NCBI GenBank assembly: GCA_965218795.1
Contig: OZ244653.1
Coordinates: 2,592,001 to 2,656,000 of the forward strand
DNA from: a bacterium
GTDB lineage: Bacteria; UBA8248; JACPRG01; G963555815
Reading direction: 5' to 3'
Length of the DNA: 64,000 nt
Shown here: positions 59,914 to 64,000 of the stretch, piece by piece
How positions within the stretch are numbered: the first letter of the stretch is position 1
How the letters are laid out: every line of letters begins with the position of its first letter
Position numbers and translations under genes: made by a program
Notes under the pieces: generated by a model
What the model was told of the DNA's origin: nothing
Databases searched by the model: none
Seen by the model: the letters and a program-made list of their open reading frames with translations, nothing else

Positions 59914-60225
59914 ATGCTGAACTTCCATGACTGTGCGGCTGCCATCGACGAGCCGAAGACGGCACGCATGGAACAGCGCACCAAACCGCACGTCAAAGCA
60001 CAGATCCAACAGGCGGCGGCCCTGCTCGGTGTCGACGAGACGACTTTCGTGACCAGCGTCGCGCTGGAGCGTGCCCGGATCACGATTGCCGATCATGAGC
60101 GTACGGTTCTCTCAGCCGAAGACCGTGATGTGATCCTTGCCGCCCTCGATGCACCTGCGGAGCCAACCGATGCGTTGCGTGAGGCAATGGCCTTGCACGG
60201 AGCACGGGTGGCGCATGGCGGCTGA
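59914..60225 (+). CDS. DUF1778 RHH antitoxin (AtaR/TacA-like)
   Basis: ARMEQRT...IQQAAALLGVDETTFV, LSAED, LDAPAEPTDAL. Confidence 0.88.
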   Translation: MLNFHDCAAAIDEPKTARMEQRTKPHVKAQIQQAAALLGVDETTFVTSVALERARITIADHERTVLSAEDRDVILAALDAPAEPTDALREAMALHGARVAHGG

Positions 60226-60769
60226 GACCGCTCTCAATCCGCAAGGGGTATCCATTGAGCCGCTCGACCCGCAAAAACACGATCGAGCGGCCTTCTCCTG
60301 TGGGACCGACAGGCTCGACAACTTTCTCAAACGCACCGCCAGGAAACACCAGGCGGGAGACTTCACGCGGGTCTGGGTTGCTACGGAAGGGGGGAAAGCC
60401 GCAATTCTCGGTTATTACGCGCTGAACGCTCATTCGCTCGAAGGCGACGACCTCCCGGCTAATCTGATAAGGAACGCGCCCCGGTTTGGCGGTATCCCGG
60501 CCGTCTATCTCTCGATGATCGCAGTCGACCGTCGCCATCAGGGCCAAGGCTTCGGACGCATTCTTCTCGCGGACGCATTGAACCGCGCGGCAGCCGCTGC
60601 TGATCAGATCGGGTTGAAGGCCGTGATACTCGATGTGATTGAGGATGGTGGCCCCGAGATCACGGAAAAACGCCGTGCGTTCTACGCCGCCATGGGGTTT
60701 CAGTCGTTACCGGCGCGTCCGCTGAGAATGTTTATCAGTATCGAGACGGCGCGCCGGGCTCGGACCTGA
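60215..60769 (+). CDS. GNAT acetyltransferase toxin (AtaT/TacT-like)
   Basis: HDRAAFSCG...LDNFLK, GYYAL, PAVYL, AVDRRHQGQGFG, FYAAMGF. Confidence 0.9.
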   Translation: MAAETALNPQGVSIEPLDPQKHDRAAFSCGTDRLDNFLKRTARKHQAGDFTRVWVATEGGKAAILGYYALNAHSLEGDDLPANLIRNAPRFGGIPAVYLSMIAVDRRHQGQGFGRILLADALNRAAAAADQIGLKAVILDVIEDGGPEITEKRRAFYAAMGFQSLPARPLRMFISIETARRART

Positions 60770-60809
60770 TGACATGTCCAGCACTGTCAGCGCTACTTTT
60801 GGCATTCGT

Positions 60810-60960
60810 CGAGAAGGTGTCTGGACCCCGCAATAGCCCGGATGCTCGCTCTCGAAGGCACCGTGGGCCTCCTTGTTCGCCTTCAGGCGCTTGTTCATGT
60901 TCTCCAGGTCGTGGCGCTGCCACACGTAGCGCACGCTTGCCAGCGATTCGTCCGCCACGA
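60810..60960 (-). mobile_element. IS481-family transposase remnant
   Basis: VRYVWQRHDLENMNKRLKA...EAHGAFESEHPGYCG; a C-terminal piece (LQKNLDKYLKFYNIERPH) lies at ~61715-61790. Confidence 0.7.
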
Positions 60961-61145
60961 ATTTTTTCCAGAGGAACAACTCATTGGTCATCTTATCGTT
61001 CCACCGATGAGCTTTCCCTCGTCTGCCTGCGGACAAACGTACCCCTCCTCCCGGCTAAGCGGTTGACATTCGAGTGGAACCAACAAGATGAAACTTCCCG
61101 CCAGATTGTAAAAAGCTCTGAAAATGGAGGCTCACGATGCTCTTT

Positions 61146-61697
61146 TTAAGACTCCTTCTGGGCGGTGGCTTCGCTGACGGGGGATTTCTGGGACGGCTCC
61201 CCTTCCTTTCGCTTCGGAGAGGAGGTTGCAGCGGGTGAATTTCTCAAGGTCGATCCGCTTTCACTGCTCATGTCCACTGAGCCTTTGAGCTTGGCTCCAT
61301 CGGCCACGACGATTCGAGGGGCCATGATATCTCCCGTCATAGAACCCGATTCTGTAATTTCGACCTTCTCTTTGGCGATTAAGTTTCCTTCCATCCGGCC
61401 TATGATCGTCATGGTCTTTGTTATGACTTCGGCGGATATATTGCCGGTTTCTCCTACTGTCAGGTGGTGCTCCTTCAAACTGATTTTTCCTTCGACCCTG
61501 CCTTCGATGGTCAGATCTTCACTCCCCGCGAGTTCTCCCCGGACGACGAAGGTCTTTCCGATTTTAGCCTGAGGACCCCTCGCAGGCACGGAAGTCATGG
61601 CCGGTGGAGATTCCGTGGACTCACCGTCGGTGACGGACAACACGGAAGGCTGATCCGGCGCCTCATCCGGGCTTGATGATTTTGACCACATTTCCAT
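61146..61697 (-). CDS. Bactofilin (polymer-forming cytoskeletal protein)
   Basis: IGKTFVVRGEL..SEDLTIEGRVEGKI, GSMTGDIMAPRIVVADGAKLKGSVDM. Confidence 0.92.
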   Translation of the reverse strand: MEMWSKSSSPDEAPDQPSVLSVTDGESTESPPAMTSVPARGPQAKIGKTFVVRGELAGSEDLTIEGRVEGKISLKEHHLTVGETGNISAEVITKTMTIIGRMEGNLIAKEKVEITESGSMTGDIMAPRIVVADGAKLKGSVDMSSESGSTLRNSPAATSSPKRKEGEPSQKSPVSEATAQKES

Positions 61698-61869
61698 AGG
61701 CTCCCTTGAATTCGACGGTGAGGGCGCTCGATGTTGTAGAACTTCAGGTACTTGTCCAGATTCTTCTGGAGCATCTCCACCGAACCATACAGCTTTATAT
61801 CGACGCCTCTCGGTGGTAAGGGTCGATTCGGCGTGTCTGGCTCGCAGGTTGCAGCTTTCTATCCGGTCT

Positions 61870-62130
61870 GTTGGTGCAGGACTTTTGCCTGCTGGCCCTC
61901 GCTCTTGATCGCGACCGTCCTGACGCCAGGCTGCTGCACCGCCGTCCAGAGCGCACGCGCGTCATGTACATCGCTCTTGTTGCCACCCACGAAGGGTCTG
62001 ACCCTCTTTGCCGGCAGGAGCTTGACATCGTGGACCCAACTCCCGTAGTCGGCGCACCCAGTGCTGCGAGCCGCCGCACACCTCCATCGCGAACCCGGTC
62101 GCCAGCACCGGCGGAACCGTCCACGGGAGT
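61870..62130 (-). mobile_element. IS110-family transposase remnant
   Basis: Manual translation AMEVCGGSQHWVRRL / HDVKLLPAKRVRPFVGGNKSDVHDARALW, frameshifted. Confidence 0.75.
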
Positions 62131-62791
62131 CACTATTTTATCGAATCCGTGTAAGTGTTAAAAATCAAAAGATTTTGTGCAATGGCCAAATTAAACTTGG
62201 TCATTGCTCCGCCTGCAGAGACGTCCCGCAAACCGCATCGACGCACCCTTCCGGTATCCGTCCGCTCCCCCCGAACCATGCAGACCCTCCTGCCCACAGT
62301 CTGAAAGTGTTCAGTTGTCGAAGACTCATTCCCCTTGCGTGTCGGAGTACCGGCGCCAGATGGTCGAACGGGTCCGCTCGAACCGTCCCCGGTCCTTCCC
62401 GGATCGGCGAGCCGAAGGTCCAGAAATACCCTCACTCAGACGTGGGGGCAGGTCCACCGCGCGTTCCATCCCGCATCGCCGTCGAGAGCCCCCGCAACGA
62501 CCTCAGCACGGGCTGCCCATTGGCCCAAATTGAATTGTCCCATGGCCCAAAATCTTTCCATTTCACAACCCGTGTGAGACACGCTTACCCTACCAAGGTG
62601 CTCAAACTCTGGTTGGACACGCTTGAAGCTCCGGTGCTTGCCGGAGCGGCGAGCCGGAGGGAAAGACACCTGACCCTATGGACCGGTCTTGGGGAAGGCT
62701 TTACGTCCACCGGCTATCGTCGACCTCCGGGGCGGGGGACGACAGCCATCTACTGTCTACTGATTCTCTAAGTAACTCCAGGAGAATAGCG

Positions 62792-63586
62792 ATGCTGCTT
62801 GTTGCAAGAGCAGTGGGGCGCGTTTCATATGTTACGGCACTTACAATGCTTCTCGCGTTCGGAGTCCTGCCTGCTGAAGCCGACGAATCGAGACTCTGGC
62901 CCGCCTTTGATCGCCCCGGTGTTTCGCTGCTGTCCGGAGTGCAGAGGTGTGGACCTGCCCTCAACGACGGCTTGTCGGAGGGCTCGCAATGCCTGACCGG
63001 CTGGGCGGTGAATCAGCTCCTGCTCGATGCAGCGGTCCGTTTTGCGACCGAGCAGGGCCGAGCAATGTTCGGCGAGCATTTCCGTATCGTCAATAGCCTG
63101 AGCTACTCGCCGGACGGGAGCGGGCTGGGCGGAGGGCTTGACGTCGTCTTTCCATTTGCGTCGTCGACATTTCTCGGCGCCGCGCCGTCTGAGTTTAGCG
63201 CCTTCTTCCTGCAACAGGGTATGACGCGCTGGGTCGACGACCGCGGGACCGACCGAAACGACCTTCGCTTCGGCGCTGTTCGCCGTTTCGGCCTGTCCGA
63301 AGAAGGCGCGGCGCCCGGCATTCTTGGCTTATCCACCTTCGTCCAGCAGAGCCTTGAGTTCGAACACACGCGACTCGTAGCCGGCGCCGACTATGCCGGC
63401 AAGTGGGGACGGGGGTCGCTCAACCTGCTTTGTCCCCACGACGGGCTGGCGACCTGATCATATCGGGTACGAAGAGCGCGCACTTGCCGGAATCGAGCTT
63501 GGTTTAAAGCTGAACCTCACCACCACCTTGTCCATGAGCACGGCGATCGGCCAATGGGAAGACGATGACGGTCTCGGCGGCTGGTC
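62792..63586 (+). pseudogene. Inverse autotransporter (invasin-type) beta-barrel gene, frameshifted near 63430 and truncated by IS3
   Basis: Signal peptide; LDVVFPF, FFLQQG, NDLRFG..RRF, LGLSTF, HTRLVAGADY, VPTTGW...YEERAL.GIEL. Confidence 0.65.
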
Positions 63587-64000
63587 TGGAGTTGACCTGT
63601 TTCAGTGGACACCTTCAGACTGTGCGGAGGAGGTGTTCCGATGGCGAAAACTCATTCACCCTACGCGCCGGAGTACCGGCGCCAGATGGTCGAGCTGGTT
63701 CGCTCGGGCCGTACGCCCGGGGAGCTGGCCCGGGAGTTCGAGTGTTCCGCTTCGGCGATTCGCAACTGGGTGCGTCAGGCCGACCGGGACGAAGGCCGTC
63801 GTGAGGATGGTCTGACAAGCGCCGAGCTTGAGGAGCTGCGACGGCTTCGTCGAGAGGTTCGTCAGCTTCGCGAAGAACGCGAGATACTGGCAAAAGCTAC
63901 GGCTTGGTTCGCTCGGGAGACCGGCTCGGTCCGGGCGAAGTCCTCGAGCTCGTGAAGGCGAATCAGGCCCATCATCGGGTGGCCACGATGTGCCGGGTGC
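63587..64000 (+). mobile_element. IS3-family element (IRL, orfA 63641-63955, orfB runs off edge)
   Basis: tggagttgacctgtttcagtggacacc; MAKTHSPYAPEYRRQMVELV...EEREILAKATAWFA; very similar to 51918 copy. Confidence 0.92.

Overview
GC-rich bacterial window. Ordinary metabolic/transport genes (TAXI-TRAP, two tandem UbiD decarboxylases, AlkP-family enzyme, BMP-type ABC transporter, amidohydrolase, hydantoinase B, NMT1-type binding protein, DcaP porin) are interleaved with a heavily mobile, partly decaying accessory region. The centrepiece is an integrase-headed defence island (~10.3-32 kb). It holds a BREX-related DUF499 ATPase / small DUF3780-like / DUF1156 methyltransferase / PLD-SNF2 helicase operon, an uncharacterised three-gene cassette ending in an MBL-fold nuclease inserted inside that operon, a Dsr1-like sirtuin broken by one TGG->TGA change, and an AbiE toxin-antitoxin pair. 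A ~300 bp non-coding repeat follows the intact integrase and several integrase remnants. One copy is interrupted by an IS66-like MITE (8-bp target duplication), which itself carries an ORF-less group II intron inserted at its terminal inverted repeat. The right third contains many IS relics (IS3, IS110, IS1182, IS1380, IS481), recQ plus a topB pseudogene, a DUF1778-GNAT TA pair and a truncated inverse-autotransporter gene. No rRNA, tRNA or CRISPR array was seen. All family calls come from motif recognition by eye, not from database searches.
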